A DNA stretch of 64,000 bases from Octopus sinensis (taxonomy: Eukaryota), in contig NC_042999.1 in the NCBI RefSeq assembly GCF_006345805.1, positions 160,518,001-160,582,000 of the forward strand, read 5' to 3'. Within the stretch, counting starts at the first letter, position 1; each line of letters opens with the position of its first letter. Under the pieces are notes generated by a model. It saw nothing but the letters and a program-made list of their open reading frames with translations, was not told the DNA's origin and made no database searches. Position numbers and translations under genes: made by a program. This document shows positions 11,130-24,482 of the stretch, piece by piece.

Positions 11130-12949
11130 TGTATGCCCAATTTTTATGTATTTCTAGATTGTTCGACCCTGCAGTTGTACCAAAAAATCAATATTCTGTT
11201 TTTGTCTTCCACCCCACTATCGTACAGTAAAAACCTTTCTCTGTTGTTATGTCACACGTTCGGATGACCTCTACTCAACTCTCGATGTCTAGACTTCTCC
11301 CTCTATATCTATGTATTAGGCTAGCCTACTTCATTGTCTGGGGGTGTCGACACAACACCTCCCCCTTTTGAGTTTTTCAAACTCAAATTTATCAATTTTA
11401 TTTCCACGGTGAGAAACTGGCATATCTTCTTCTCTTAGCGTTAATTTCCATCATTTCTCTAAGTTTTCTCTTCCTGCTCAACCTACGTGTCGGTTCTGCA
11501 TTTGCTTGTGGTTCTGGGACCTCGAACACTTTTGCTTGTGGTTCTGGGACCTCAAACAAATCATATCATAAATCCATTGGTTCTTCTTGCCACTCTTGGT
11601 TTTTGGTATATATATTTTTAATTGGTTTAAATGCCTTCTGTGTTCATATTTTGGTCCTTTTACTATGTACATCACGTTACCTAGACGTCCAGTTATACTT
11701 CCTTGTTCCCAGTCCTGTTTTCCATTACTATATATTTTAAAATACACTTTGTCACCTGTGTTAAAAAATTTCATTTTTCTTTCCGAACTTTCTATTTTCT
11801 GTTTCCTGCTTGGCAACCATTTGTCAAAAATAGAACAAATTTTTCTGGAAACATCAAATCTGCGGGTGACCTACCCGACTCTGCATTTGGATTCTATGTT
11901 ATTCTATAGACCTGCAAAAACTTTGTCGTTTTTGTATCTTCAAAGATTTCCCATCTGGTCTTCCTTAAAGCTCTCATGAATGTTTTGACGAATTTTTCCG
12001 CTAACCCATTTGACCTTGGATGGTATGGCAGAGTTAACACATGCTTCATCTAAACCAACTTACAGAATCTTTCGAACTTCTTCGCCGTGAATTATGAACC
12101 ATTATCTGACACGATCGTATCTGGGACTCCATAACGAATGAACAGTTCTTCCAAGAAGTCAATAGTCACACTTGTGGTTGGCCTTGACCATTTACACACT
12201 TCAGGCCATTTGGAATAGCTATCCACCACAACGATATAATGAGAGCCATTTATTCATCATCATCATCATCATCATCATCATTTAGCGTCCGCTTTCCTTG
12301 CTAGCATGGGTTGGACGGTTCAACTGGGGTCTGGGAAGCCAGAGGACTGCACCAGGCCCAGTCTGATCTGGCAATGTTTCTATGGCTGGATGCCCTTCCT
12401 GACGCCAACCACTCCGTGAGTGTAGTGGGTGCTTTTTACGTGCCACCGGCACAGATGCCAGACGGGGCTAGCAAACGGCCATGGTCGGATGGTGCTTTTT
12501 ACGTGCCACCGGCACGGGGGCCAGGCGAGGCTGGCAACGGCCACGATCGGATGGTGCTTTTTACGTGCTACCGGCACGGGGGCCAGTCGGGGCAGCACTG
12601 GCAACGGCCACACTCAGATGGTGCTTTTTACGTGCCACCGGCAAAGAGGCCAGTCAGGGCGGTGCTGGCAATGGCCACGATCAGATGGTTCGCTTACGTG
12701 CCACCGGCACTGGTATCACAGCTGCAATTTCCATTGATGTTGATCAACTTCGATTTTGGTTCTGATTTCCACTTGCCTCAACGGGTCTTCACAAGTGGTC
12801 CTGTGAAATCCACATGTAGTTTTGACCATGCTGAATCTGTTTTTGGCCACGGCTGAATCTGCACTGGAGGCGCCTTTGCTGCCATAGTGCATCCCCTACA
12901 CTGTTTTACCAGTCTCTCAATTTGCTTGTCCATATTCGACCAATAAATG

Positions 12950-12955
<6 letters not shown>
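11130..12955 (-). mobile_element. Ty3/Gypsy LTR retrotransposon 3' remnant: integrase, PPT, start of 3' LTR
   Basis: SYIYWSNMDKQIERLVKQCRGC, LHVDFTGP, INGSHYIVVVDSYSKWPE, RYGVPDTIVSDNGS, PYHPRSNGLAEKFV. PPT AAAAGGGGGAGG (11358-11369) is followed by TGTTG. The far end of the LTR is not defined. Confidence 0.9.
12254..12797 (-). mobile_element. Long SINE family B copy inserted in the Gypsy integrase
   Basis: Splits HVDFTGP from INGSHY; contains ~5-6 internal ~56 bp subrepeats. Confidence 0.9.
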
Positions 12956-12987
<32 letters not shown>

Positions 12988-13238
12988 TGTATGTATATAC
13001 AGTGCCATGCAAAAGTTATCAGTCACTTTAAACCATAGTAAATTTCTACTAATTGCCAACCTATAAGCGGATGTTTCATATTGCATTTTTTATAGATGAA
13101 ACATTGGCCCTGTTGGAGTTATTTCTATACCTAATCATTATATTTTATAGTAGGGCTTTTGAATGAGAGGGAAGATGTGAGACACCTACCAAAAATGGCC
13201 ATACAAAATTTTCGGCCACCTTACATAAACCACTCAAG

Positions 13239-13286
<48 letters not shown>

Positions 13287-13851
13287 CACTCTCTGTGAAT
13301 GGGATTAGGACCATTTGACAATGACCTAGCTTCTCTCATCAAATAGCAGCAATTGGTATTTATTAGTGGCAATTGCTGTCTTCAACATGAATTCCTTTTA
13401 TGGAGCTCTGAAACCTCCTTTACCCCATTTCTACAATTAAAAATCTTTATTGCTTCTAACCTTACAGCAGTTAGGAACAACCATATATTAGTCAGTCAGT
13501 GGAAGGACTTCACTACCTCATATGTTCTTAAAATTTAAATCCACATCTTTGTCTGTATATCTACCTTCTCTATGATGTTGCCACTTGATTTGAAAATGTT
13601 TGTATTAATGGAAAACCTCTATAATTGGCTGATGAGTACTCAGCATCTTAAATCTGTTGTAATACTTACAACATTTAATAAAATGATGTAGTACGAAACG
13701 ATCGTACCAAATTACTGGAGTCATTCTTGTTGCTTATTTTGATTATAATCACCCCACGGATTTTTATGGATAACACCATACAAAATTCTGGTGCATCTAA
13801 ATTAAGTACCATATTCATTTGAATCTAAATTTTTGCTGAACTTATATATAT

Positions 13852-14025
13852 ATATACTTTATTTAAAGCAGCAGAAAATTCAACAAAACCTGTTACTCTG
13901 AGTTTCACGTTCCTGTTCCCGTTCATCGGACAGTTTTTTCTAGCAAAAATTGTCTGACGAACGGGAACGTGAAACTCAGAGTAACAGGTTTTGTTGAATT
14001 TTCTGCTGCTTTAAATAAAGCATAT
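13852..14025. ncRNA. Palindromic element with two inverted minimal hammerhead-ribozyme motifs (Penelope-like)
   Basis: Plus copy: CTGACGA (13954-60), stem II ACG/GGAA/CGT, GAAA (13971-74), palindromic stem III ACTC-A-GAGT, GTA triplet, stem I TGT/ACA. The minus copy has CCGATGA. Confidence 0.7.
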
Positions 14026-15231
14026 TACTCGACCATTGGTATTTGAGTACTCTTTTTTCCACCTTGTTTCACATTTATGTGTTTACTCCGGTGTATATAT
14101 ATATATATATACATACACACATACACATATGTATATGTATGCATATGCATGCGTGCACGTGTGTGTGTTTCATATGTTATATGTATTCATAAAAAATGTT
14201 AATATTGACGGACTATTTTGATAGATTATAATAAATTTCAGTCACACAAGCTTCTGATATTAAATTTCTATGAGTAAGTTTTATTGAAAACATTCTCAAG
14301 TTCCAGTTGGAATTGATTATGTATTCATGAAATTCCTGACTCTGCAGTAGGCATTGCATTATGTATTTGAACAATACTATTCAATGAATTTATGTATGTC
14401 AGACATACAGGCTGTATGTGGGTAAAAATGATAAAGTAGTGGACTTGTACTTTACTTGTACTTTACTTGTACCTGACTTGTACTTTACTTACTTCATCAT
14501 TTTGTATTTTGATTTTAACATTCTTCTGCATCTGACATGGCTTTTTTGTTTATCACTTTAGTGCCGATAAAGTGTGCACCAGTAATATGCTGAACACCAG
14601 TGAGTTGACTATACTGTCTCTACAATAAAAAACTAAAATTGTATCAAATGAAAAATAAAAATCAATATCTATTTATCTGAAGCCAATACGATAAAATGAA
14701 TCAATTACTGTTCACTTCTCTACTCATTCAACCAAACAATATAGATAAGGGTAAATTTCCCTAAAATGTAATTGGAAGAATTTATTTAGAAATAGAAAAC
14801 AGAATCGGAGTCAGACCTCTTTTGAATTCTCTCTTAACGCTTACATTTTACATTCTAGTAGAACTTTTGCCCCATTTTCTCAAGGAGCCAGCAACGGGTG
14901 ATGAGTCCTATTGATTTCTGCTGTACACCTCTCTAGGTTAGACTTGAACTCATAAATTCATCACTTTTATAGTGTCACGCTACCCCCACGCTTGATATGT
15001 ATTTAAAGCCAAGTGGACTGGCCCCACTGAGAGTTTGAATGTAGCACAGAACCACCGACAGGATACAAGTCATTAATCTTCCAACCTGCAAGGTGATTGA
15101 TTAATTTGGACAGTGGTGGAAACTACAACACACAACGCATACATTCTTATATTAATGTTAATGCTGTTTATGCATACATGTATGTGTATATATATATATA
15201 TATATAATATAATATATATATATATATATAT

Positions 15232-15294
<63 letters not shown>

Positions 15295-15430
15295 GTGTGT
15301 GTGTGTAGGTTTGGTACAACAAACACAAGAAATAGAACTCAATCACTTTTTTATCTTTAAACTCTCTTTGGATTAAAAATAAAGAAGTGTGTGAGTGGAT
15401 GGGTAGATAGATAGATAAATCGATATATAG

Positions 15431-15720
<290 letters not shown>

Positions 15721-15978
15721 CACTAAAACTCAAGATGGATATTATGACAAGGAACATCCATCTCCCTGAATACTTCTAAAACCCCAAATATGTAAATCTT
15801 TGTCACACATAGAAAGTTAATAAAGAGGTGTGAGAAGAAATAAATTAAAACAGAACACGAGTAGCTGATTCTTCAATTAGTGAGATGATGAGGTGGAAAA
15901 GGGGAGTCTCATTAGCCCTTATTTCATGGGAGTAGCGTGAAAGCTTTATCATCATACGTGATGTTCGTCCAACATCAA

Positions 15979-16422
15979 TCCTTTAGCATTCAAACCAGCC
16001 TAATCTGGCCCAGATATTTTACTTGTTTTATGTTCAAACTGACCTGATCCACCCTCTTACACCTATCCTACACTGTCATTCTCAAAATAAACAATCACAT
16101 CACCGAAATCTCAAAGCTGCCAGATAATGCATGGTTAAGTCAAAACAATGTGAATAAATAAACATTACATTCAACAAAGTAATCTGAATGCCAATGGTTT
16201 AACCCTTTAGCATTTAAACTGGCCATATCCGGCCCAAATATTCCACCCATTTTATGTTCAGACCAGCCAGATCTGACCTCTCACACGTACCCTAAAATGT
16301 CATTCTAAAAACAATCAATCACATCATTGAAATCTCGAAGCTATGAGATAAGCCATGATTAAATCAAAACAATGTGAATAAATAAGCATTTCATTCGACA
16401 AAGTAATCTGAATGCTAAAGGG
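15979..16422. mobile_element. Tandem pair of piggyBac-type MITEs (family I) sharing a TTAA
   Basis: Second copy TTAA|CCCTTTAGCATT…AATGCTAAAGGG|TTAA (16203-16422); first copy 15979-16198 is more diverged. Confidence 0.85.
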
Positions 16423-17363
16423 TTAAGCTACACTCGTAGGAGTTCAACTCAATATATAGTGACACATATCAATTTCACAATGCTCCTGTTTATAATAAAG
16501 GTACATTTTTATAAAATTGCTGTACTTATTGATATTCAGTTGGACTGGTCCATTGAGTCCTTGACCATGAACTAAGAATGATGTTGACAAGATATGAACC
16601 ATAGACTTTTTTGTTCAGTTTCTTCCACACACTGTCAATTCAACTCATTCAGTTTCAACTCCAAAACATATCCTTTGCTTTGTTCTTCTAGTTTAGAAAA
16701 TAACAGTTATTCGTATTTCAGAAAGTGAATGGTGCCAGATTGCACTTCCGCCGCTAGAAAGAACATCTGCATTCAAAAGATCAAATGCACAGTTTTCTCT
16801 AAATCATAGAAACAAACTGTGAAAAGAAGAGACCAGCTAAAAATCAGTGAAGTAGATATTTTAACTGACCTGCCTTTAAACAAAGAATTTTTGCAGAGAA
16901 TCTATAAGCATTTTAGTTCCTAGAACAACAAAAAAAAAAAAATGCAGCATAGAGAAGTATTGAAATGCAAAAATGTCTAGCTGATGTTTAGCATAATAAT
17001 TAGATCAATGTCTATTTATATGAATATATCTATCTTACCAGCAGCTATCTGATTGATGGAAAGAATCTTTACTTATTATCAAAAATATTTACAGATTTAG
17101 GCAGTTTACATATGTTCTGATGCAATGCAGTGTTAGTGATATCTCCTTATCAATTTTTTATTGGATGTCACAATATCCGCAGATTCTGTTCAGCCTAACA
17201 ATATCGATGAGGTTTATTAAGTTGGTTAAATTTGCTTAAAACATAACTGGAAGAATCGAGTTAGAGGCAGAACACAAAATCAGCGTCTGACCTCTTTTAA
17301 GTTCACTCTTAATGTTTACATTTTTGCCCAGTAATTGAACATTTGGCAAATTTTCCCCAAAAT

Positions 17364-17883
17364 TACTCTTTTACTCTTTTACTTGTTTCAGTCATTTGAC
17401 TGCGGCCATGCTGGAGCACCGCCTTCAATCGAGCAACTCGACCCCGGGACTTATTCTTTTGTAAGCCCAGTACTTATTCTATCGGTCTCTTTTGCTGAAC
17501 CGCTAAGTAACGGGGACATAAACACACCAGCATCGGTTGTCAAGCAATGCTAGGACCCCGGGACTTATTCTTTGTAAGCCCAGTACTTATTCTATCGGTC
17601 TCTTTTGCCGAACCGCTAAGTAACGGGGACATAAACACACCAGCATCGGTTGTCAAGCAATGCTAGGGGGACAAACACAGACACACAAACACACACACAC
17701 ACATATATATATACATATATATGACAGACTTCTTTCAGTTTCCGTCTACCAAATCCACTCACAAGGCTTTGGTCAGCCCGAGGCTATAGTAGAAGACACT
17801 TGACCAAGGTGCCACGCAGTGGGACTGAACCTGGAACCATGTGGTTGGTAAACAAGCTACTTACCACACAGCCACTCCTGCGC
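17364..17883 (-). mobile_element. SINE family A with an internal ~114 bp tandem duplication
   Basis: GACCCCGGGACTTATTC…GCAATGCTAGG occurs twice (~17439-17553 and ~17554-17667). Confidence 0.9.
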
Positions 17884-18379
17884 GTATTTTTTTAAGGTAA
17901 TTAATTTACCACCATTCAACAAAAATAAAAAAAGGCTTTTTACTGAAGAAAAAAATGTCAGTTTGTAATAAGAAAAAAAAAAAAAGAACAGAACATAAAA
18001 TTCTAACGTAAAGTGAAATCAATATATTGCAGTGAAATTGACCTAAAAGAAGCTCGTTAACTCAAGGGCGAAATAATTCCAGACATTTCTGACATAACTC
18101 TACTTACATACACACTAAGTATCACATTGATCATGAAAGAGGACTTAATGCAATAGCATCATGTAAATTAAAACTGTTCTCTTCGCACAACAAATGCCAT
18201 TATTACTCCTACTACTACTACTACCACTACAACAACTCTTAATACAACCACCTCCACTGCCACCACCACCACCATTATTATCAGAATTACCAGTCTAACA
18301 ATTATTGCTGCTGCTGCTGCTACTACTTCTACTACTGCTGCTGCTGCTACTACTACTACTACTGAAACTATAAGTGATA

Positions 18380-18530
18380 CCTATTTCTTTACTACCCACA
18401 AGGGGCTAAACACAGAGAGGACAAACAAGGACAGACATAGGTATTAAGTCGATTACATCGACCCCAGTGCGTAACTGGTACTTAATTTATCGACCCCGAA
18501 AGGATGAAAGGCGACGTTGACCTCGGCAAA
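18380..18530 (-). mobile_element. SINE family D, 3' part
   Basis: Reverse complement of the 21432-22033 unit. Confidence 0.85.
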
Positions 18531-19137
18531 GTGATACCACCACCACATTCTTTGCATGGATCTTATCACCCCAGGAGAACCTGTACAATGGGCATAGACC
18601 CTTCCTTGAGGTTGACTGCCCTCACCCACCATAAGAATAAAAAGCTAAAGAAGATCCACCACTGCTGGTGTTGTTTAACTTTAAATCAGCCTTGATTGAG
18701 CAGCAGATCTATGATGAAACACATTTGGCCTTGACTATCCCATCTCTTTCTTCTTCTTCTTCTCCTTTTTTTTTTATATGTATGTATGGGACTATATTGC
18801 CAAATATATCCTTCTTATTTTAAGATGGCAGAGTGTAATTTGAAAGAATTTACTTGCTATTTTCAGCAGACCAAACAATCCATGCAGAGGATCTCTCATT
18901 AGCTTGACCACAGTAGTTCACTATGACATCCAAGGCCTTTCAGCGGGTATATTAATCCAGGGTTCAGAGCGACAAGAAGTCCAGAGAATATTATCTGACA
19001 AACCTCCCTCCTCCCCTACACATCTTTCTTGAATGATGAGAGCTGCCTCCCATCCCACCAGCTTCTATACAGCATGTTTGCAAAACTTTTCTTAGGGGCT
19101 CTGATGCTGCCATGTAATAAACAGATGGGCTGGGAGT

Positions 19138-19520
19138 GGTGGAAGCACTCCGTCGGTTACGACGACGAGGGTTCCGGTTGATCCGATCAACGGAACAGCC
19201 TGCTCGTGAAATTAACGTGCAAGTGGCTGAGCACTCCACAGACACGTGTACCTTTAACGTTATTCTTGGGGATATTCAGCGTGACACAAAGAGTGACAAG
19301 GCCGGCCCTTTGAAATACAGGTACAACAGAAACAGGAAGTAAGAGTGAGAGAAAGAGTGGTGAAAGAGTACAGCAGGGATCACCACCCCCTGCCGGAGCC
19401 TCGTGGAGCTTTAGGTGTTTTCGCTCAATAAACACTCACAACGCCTGGTCTGGGAATCGAAACCGCGATCCTACGACCACGAGTCCGCTGCCCTAACCAC
19501 TGGGCCATTGCGCCTCCACA
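19138..19520 (-). mobile_element. tRNA-derived SINE family C, full length, with TSD
   Basis: Head GGAGGCGCAATGGCCCAGTGGTTAGGGC; TSD GGCTGGGAGT at 19128-37 and 19521-30. Confidence 0.9.
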
Positions 19521-19637
19521 GGCTGGGAGTAACTACATATCAAATGATCTAACCTATTTTATAAAATAGATCCCAAGTATTATGTTTCTGTAAAGTTGAG
19601 AACTATTGTATTTGATCACAAGTGTTCTCATTTGATA

Positions 19638-20039
19638 TCTTTATATATAAAAGTGAGGTTGTGTGCTGTCTGTCTCCTACGATTTAGATTCCTAACTACT
19701 CCCACATTTTGCGGTGCAGTTTAACCAAAACCGGGTATCTTATAGTCGTGATTCATATCAAGCTCTTCTGGGTATTAGCGCGTGTCTACGATGAGTCTAC
19801 GATTTAAAAAAAAATTTATCATCAATTTTTCCCATTTTTAATGCATTTTTGGCATATATAAGGGAAGTAACTCTCTAAAAATTTATTATTAAATCTCAGA
19901 ACGTAAAAAGCTACAGTAACACCCCACCCTTCCCTTTGTGGTTAGCCATATTGAGATGGCTATTATACTTTACATCTCTAAAAATTCTTATATAGTTATT
20001 TCCCTTACAAACCTGAGCAACGCCGGGCGATACTGCTAG
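19638..20039 (+). mobile_element. Non-autonomous Helitron family F, 402 bp
   Basis: A|TC…hairpin…CTAG|T. Confidence 0.9.
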
Positions 20040-20463
20040 TGAAAGATAAATATAAACCAGATAGAAATTACACTGTTTTGCCACAGTAAATTTTTGTCTT
20101 CGTAGGATTATTTACAGTTTGATAAAACCAACTGATCATAGTTTGCATCAGTTCAACAATATTTGTTTATATATTATGTTACACTATTGAATTGATGGAT
20201 ATTTTATTGGAAAAAGTTTAGCTCTGATTGTTGCTTCACTCTGGAGTGTCATCCAGACAAAAACAAAAATAAAAATAATAATAAAGGCTCTATCTGTAAT
20301 ATTAGAATTTATCTCTTCTCATGGCACACACATTTATTTCATTCATTTTTTCCTTTCCTAACGTCGACTATCACTTGCATCCTTGGAATATTAGGTTTTT
20401 ATATGTTTATTGGCAACAATACATTGTATATGCTTAAATATAATACACAACCTTAAACATATA

Positions 20464-20876
20464 GACGCAGTAGTGGCTGTGTGGTAAGTAGCTTGCTTAC
20501 CAACCACATGGTTCCGGGTTCAGTCCCACTGCGTGGCACCTTGGGCAAATGTCTTCTACTATAGCCTCGGGCCGACCAAAGCCTTGTGAGTGGATTTGGT
20601 AGACGGAAACTGAAAGAAGCCTGTCGTATATATGTATATATGTATATATATATATATGTGTGTGTTTGTGTGTCTGTGTTTGTCTCCCTAGCATTACTTG
20701 ACAACCGATGCTGGTGTGTTTATGTCCCCTGTCACTTAGCGGTTCGGCAAAAGAGACCGATAGAATAAGTACTGGGCTTACAAAAGAATAAGTCCCGGGG
20801 TCGAGTTGCTCGATTAAAGGTGGTGCTCCAGCATGGCCGCAGTCAAATGACTGAAACAAGTAAAAGAGAGAAAGAG
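20464..20876 (+). mobile_element. SINE family A
   Basis: Full family-A structure. Confidence 0.9.
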
Positions 20877-21431
20877 ATATGGTTAAGCCCCATTTTCTTC
20901 CTGAAAAATGAAAAGCATATGAAAGATATTTCACAAGATGTTATTATCTTTTTATGGGGCCTCTATGACAGGTGAGAGGTAGAAAAGAAGTCGTCTTCAG
21001 ATTGGAGACCTGGCCTTGCTAATAATAGAATAGACTCTGCTAATTGTTCACAACGGCTACGAGGTGATGTTGAACTTGGCAACTGATTAAGTCTTGGCAT
21101 CCAATAAATTTTTGTTTAAATGGTATTACTGGTATTTACTAAATTAATGTCTCAAGTGTGAAAGGTAGAATTAACCCTAATGGATTTTAATTCATTCACT
21201 CACCTCACCCCTAAATACCCCGAACAAAATTACATTGAATTTGATATCATAAATTCCTCTGTCAACTCAGAGTTTCTATGGACTTTCAGTGCCCACCCTG
21301 TGCAAGGACACATTCTTAGAACTATACTTATTACTCATAATAAGAACAATTTATAAAACTGAAAAGCAGTAGAATTGATTGTGTTGGACAAAATGCTTTG
21401 TGGTATTAAGTTACATCCCATTTTTTTTTAA

Positions 21432-22033
21432 GGCGGCGAGCTGGCAGAAACGTTAGCACACCGGGCGAAATGCTTAGCGGTATTTCGTCTGCGTTACGTT
21501 GTGAGTTCAAATTCTGCCGAGGTTGACTTTGCCTTTCATCCTTTCGGGGTCGATAAATTAAGTACCAGTTACGCACTGGGGTCGATGTTATCGACTTAAT
21601 ACCTATGTCTGTCCTTGTTTGTCCCCTCTGTGTTTAGCACCTTGTGGGTAATAAAGAAATAGGTATTTCGTCTGCGTTACGTTGTGAGTTCAAATCCCGC
21701 CGAGGTTGACTTTGCCTTTCATCCTTTCGGGGTCAATAGATTAAGCACCAGTTACGCACTGGGGTCGATGTAATCGACTTAATACCTATGTCTGTCCTTG
21801 TTTGTCCCCTCTGTGTTTAGCCCCTTGTGGGTAATAAAGAAATAGGTATTTCGTCTGCGTTACGTTGTGAGTTCAAATTCCGCCGAGGTCGACTTTGCCT
21901 TTCGTCCTTTCAGGGTCAATAGATTAAGTACCAGTTACGCACTGGGGTCGATGTAATCGACTTAATACCTATGTCTGTCCTTGTTTGTCCCCTCTGTATT
22001 TAGCCCCTTGTGGGTAATAAAAAAATAGGTATT
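21432..22033 (+). mobile_element. SINE family D: one head plus three tandem 183-bp bodies
   Basis: GGTATTTCGTCTGCGTTACG at 21479, 21662 and 21845; core GAGGTTGACTTTGCCTTTCATCCTTTCGGGGTCGATAAATTAAGTACC resembles the Meta-SINE domain. Confidence 0.9.
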
Positions 22034-22149
22034 AAGTTACATCTCTTTATGTTCTAAGTCTGAGCTGCACTACAAGCAACTTTGCCTTTCATGTTTTAAA
22101 AGTCAATTAAGTACCAATCAAAAACCTGCAGTTGATTTAGCCATCAGTT

Positions 22150-22479
22150 TCTTTTCTCTTCATCTGTGGATTTATGTCTTACATGGTGGCACGTAACAAA
22201 TACCATCCGAGCGTGGCCGTTCGCCAGCCTCGTCTGGCACCTGTGTCCGTGGCACGTAAAAAAAACACCATCCGAGCGTGGCCGTTCGCCAGCCTCGTCT
22301 GGCACCTGTGTCGGTGGCACATAAAAAGCACCCACTACACTCATGGAGTGGTTGGCGTTAGGGAGGGCATCCAGCTGTAGAAACACTGCCAGATCTGACT
22401 GGCCTGGTGCAGCCTTCGGGCTTCCCAGACCCCAGTTGAACAGTCCAACCCATGCTAGCATGGAAAGCGGACGTTAAAA

Positions 22480-22510
<31 letters not shown>
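22150..22510 (+). mobile_element. SINE family B
   Basis: Ends GCATGGAAAGCGGACGTTAAAA(GAT)n. Confidence 0.9.
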
Positions 22511-22512
<2 letters not shown>

Positions 22513-22669
22513 ATTTATTCCATACAGCATTTGATTCTTTCGTTTAGAAATTAAAACATTTCTATTCCAAATTTATTGCCTAACTCTTTTGTTACCAAAC
22601 TTTTCACTCGAATAAATTCTGAATTTGTGCTTTGATTTTTAAAATAATGAGGAATTATAAGGAAGCTTA

Positions 22670-22879
22670 TTCTTTTATTCTTTTACTTGTTTGAGTCATT
22701 TGATTGCGGCCATGCTGGAGCACCGCCTTTAATCGAGCAACTCGACCCCGGGACTTATTCTTTGTAAGCCCAGTACTTATTCTATCGGTCTCTTTTTGCC
22801 GAACCGCTAAGTGACGGGGACATAAACACACCAGCATCGGTTGTCAAGCAATGCTAGGGAGACAAACACAGACACACAA

Positions 22880-22922
<43 letters not shown>

Positions 22923-23088
22923 TACGACGGTCTTCTTTCAGTCTCCGTCTACCAAATCCACTCACAAGGCTTTGGTCGGCCCGAGGCTATAGTAGAAGAC
23001 ACTTGCCCAAGGTGCCACGCAGTGGGACTGAACCCGGAACCATGTGGTTGGTAAACAAGCTACTTACCACACAGCCACTCCTGCACCT
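22670..23088 (-). mobile_element. SINE family A
   Basis: Full family-A structure. Confidence 0.9.
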
Positions 23089-23457
23089 ATAGTGACAAAT
23101 CTAACTTAAAAGTCAATATTTTACATATTTAAATATGTTTTCATGTAATAATGATAATATTTCATGCCAAAGTTTGAATTCAAATTTCAACAGTACTGGG
23201 AGTTTTCAGACATGTTGGTGTTGAAGGGGTCAAATGTTTAACTGTCTATTCTAAGTTTTGAATGAAATCAAAATGGTCAAGTTCTTATCTATTTTTACAC
23301 TCTCCGTGATTTAATATAATTTCAAAATGGCCAACTGAAGAATGCACCAAAATATATTTAGAAATTGTTGTAGCTAATATCATTTTATTTTCAAGAAAGT
23401 TTTGACTTGAGAAGACTAATAACTAAATACATTTCAGCATTTTATCTCTCTCTCTCT

Positions 23458-23740
23458 GTATACATACATACATATATACATACATACATACATACATACA
23501 TACATGCATGCATACATACACACACACACACATACATACATATATGCATGCATACATACATACATACATACATTCATACATACATACATACATACATACA
23601 CACACACACATACATACATACATACATACATACATACTTACATTGATACATACATTCATACATACATACATACATACATACATACATACATGCATACATA
23701 CATACATACATACATACACACACACACATACATACATACA

Positions 23741-23772
<32 letters not shown>

Positions 23773-24482
23773 CATACATACATACATACATACATACATA
23801 CATACATGCATACTTACATTGATACATACATTCATACATACATACATACATACATACATACATACATACATACATACATACTTACATTGATACATACATT
23901 CATACATACATACATACATACATACATACATACATACATGCATACATACATACATACATACATACATACATACATACATACATGCATACATACGTGCATA
24001 CATACATACATACATACATACATTCATACATACATACATACATACATACATACATACATACATACATACATGCATACATACGTGCATACATACATACATA
24101 CATACATACATACATACATACACACACACATACATACATACATACATACATACATACATACATACATACATACAAACACACATACATGCATGCATGCATG
24201 CATGCATACATACACACACACATGCACACATACATACATACATACATACATACATACATACACACATACATTACACACATACATACATAATACATACATA
24301 CATACATACATACATACATTCATACATACATACACACACACATACATACATACATACATACATACACACACACATACATACATACATACATACATACACA
24401 CACACATACATACATACATACATACATACACACACACATACATTCATACATACATTCATACATACATACATACATACATATA
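23458..24482. repeat. ~1 kb (TACA)n-dominated microsatellite
   Basis: Visible; explains the HTYI/MYVC ORFs. Confidence 0.95.

Noticed and set aside
12997-13030. TA-CAGTGCCATGCAAAAGTTAT as a Tc1 TIR
   Set aside because: Resembles a Tc1 terminus, but I found no matching right TIR or convincing transposase.
14490-14618. Minus-strand segment with strong acceptor and GTAAGT donor
   Set aside because: Stops in all three frames; could be non-coding, but unsupported.
16871-16920. Minus-strand 50-nt exon-like segment; also + strand SEWCQIALPPLER… near 16733
   Set aside because: The minus segment is closed in all frames and the + frame ends in a stop with no linkage; indistinguishable from chance.
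21479-22033. Regularly spaced repeats as a CRISPR array
   Set aside because: Contiguous tandem SINE bodies with no unique spacers, in eukaryotic DNA.
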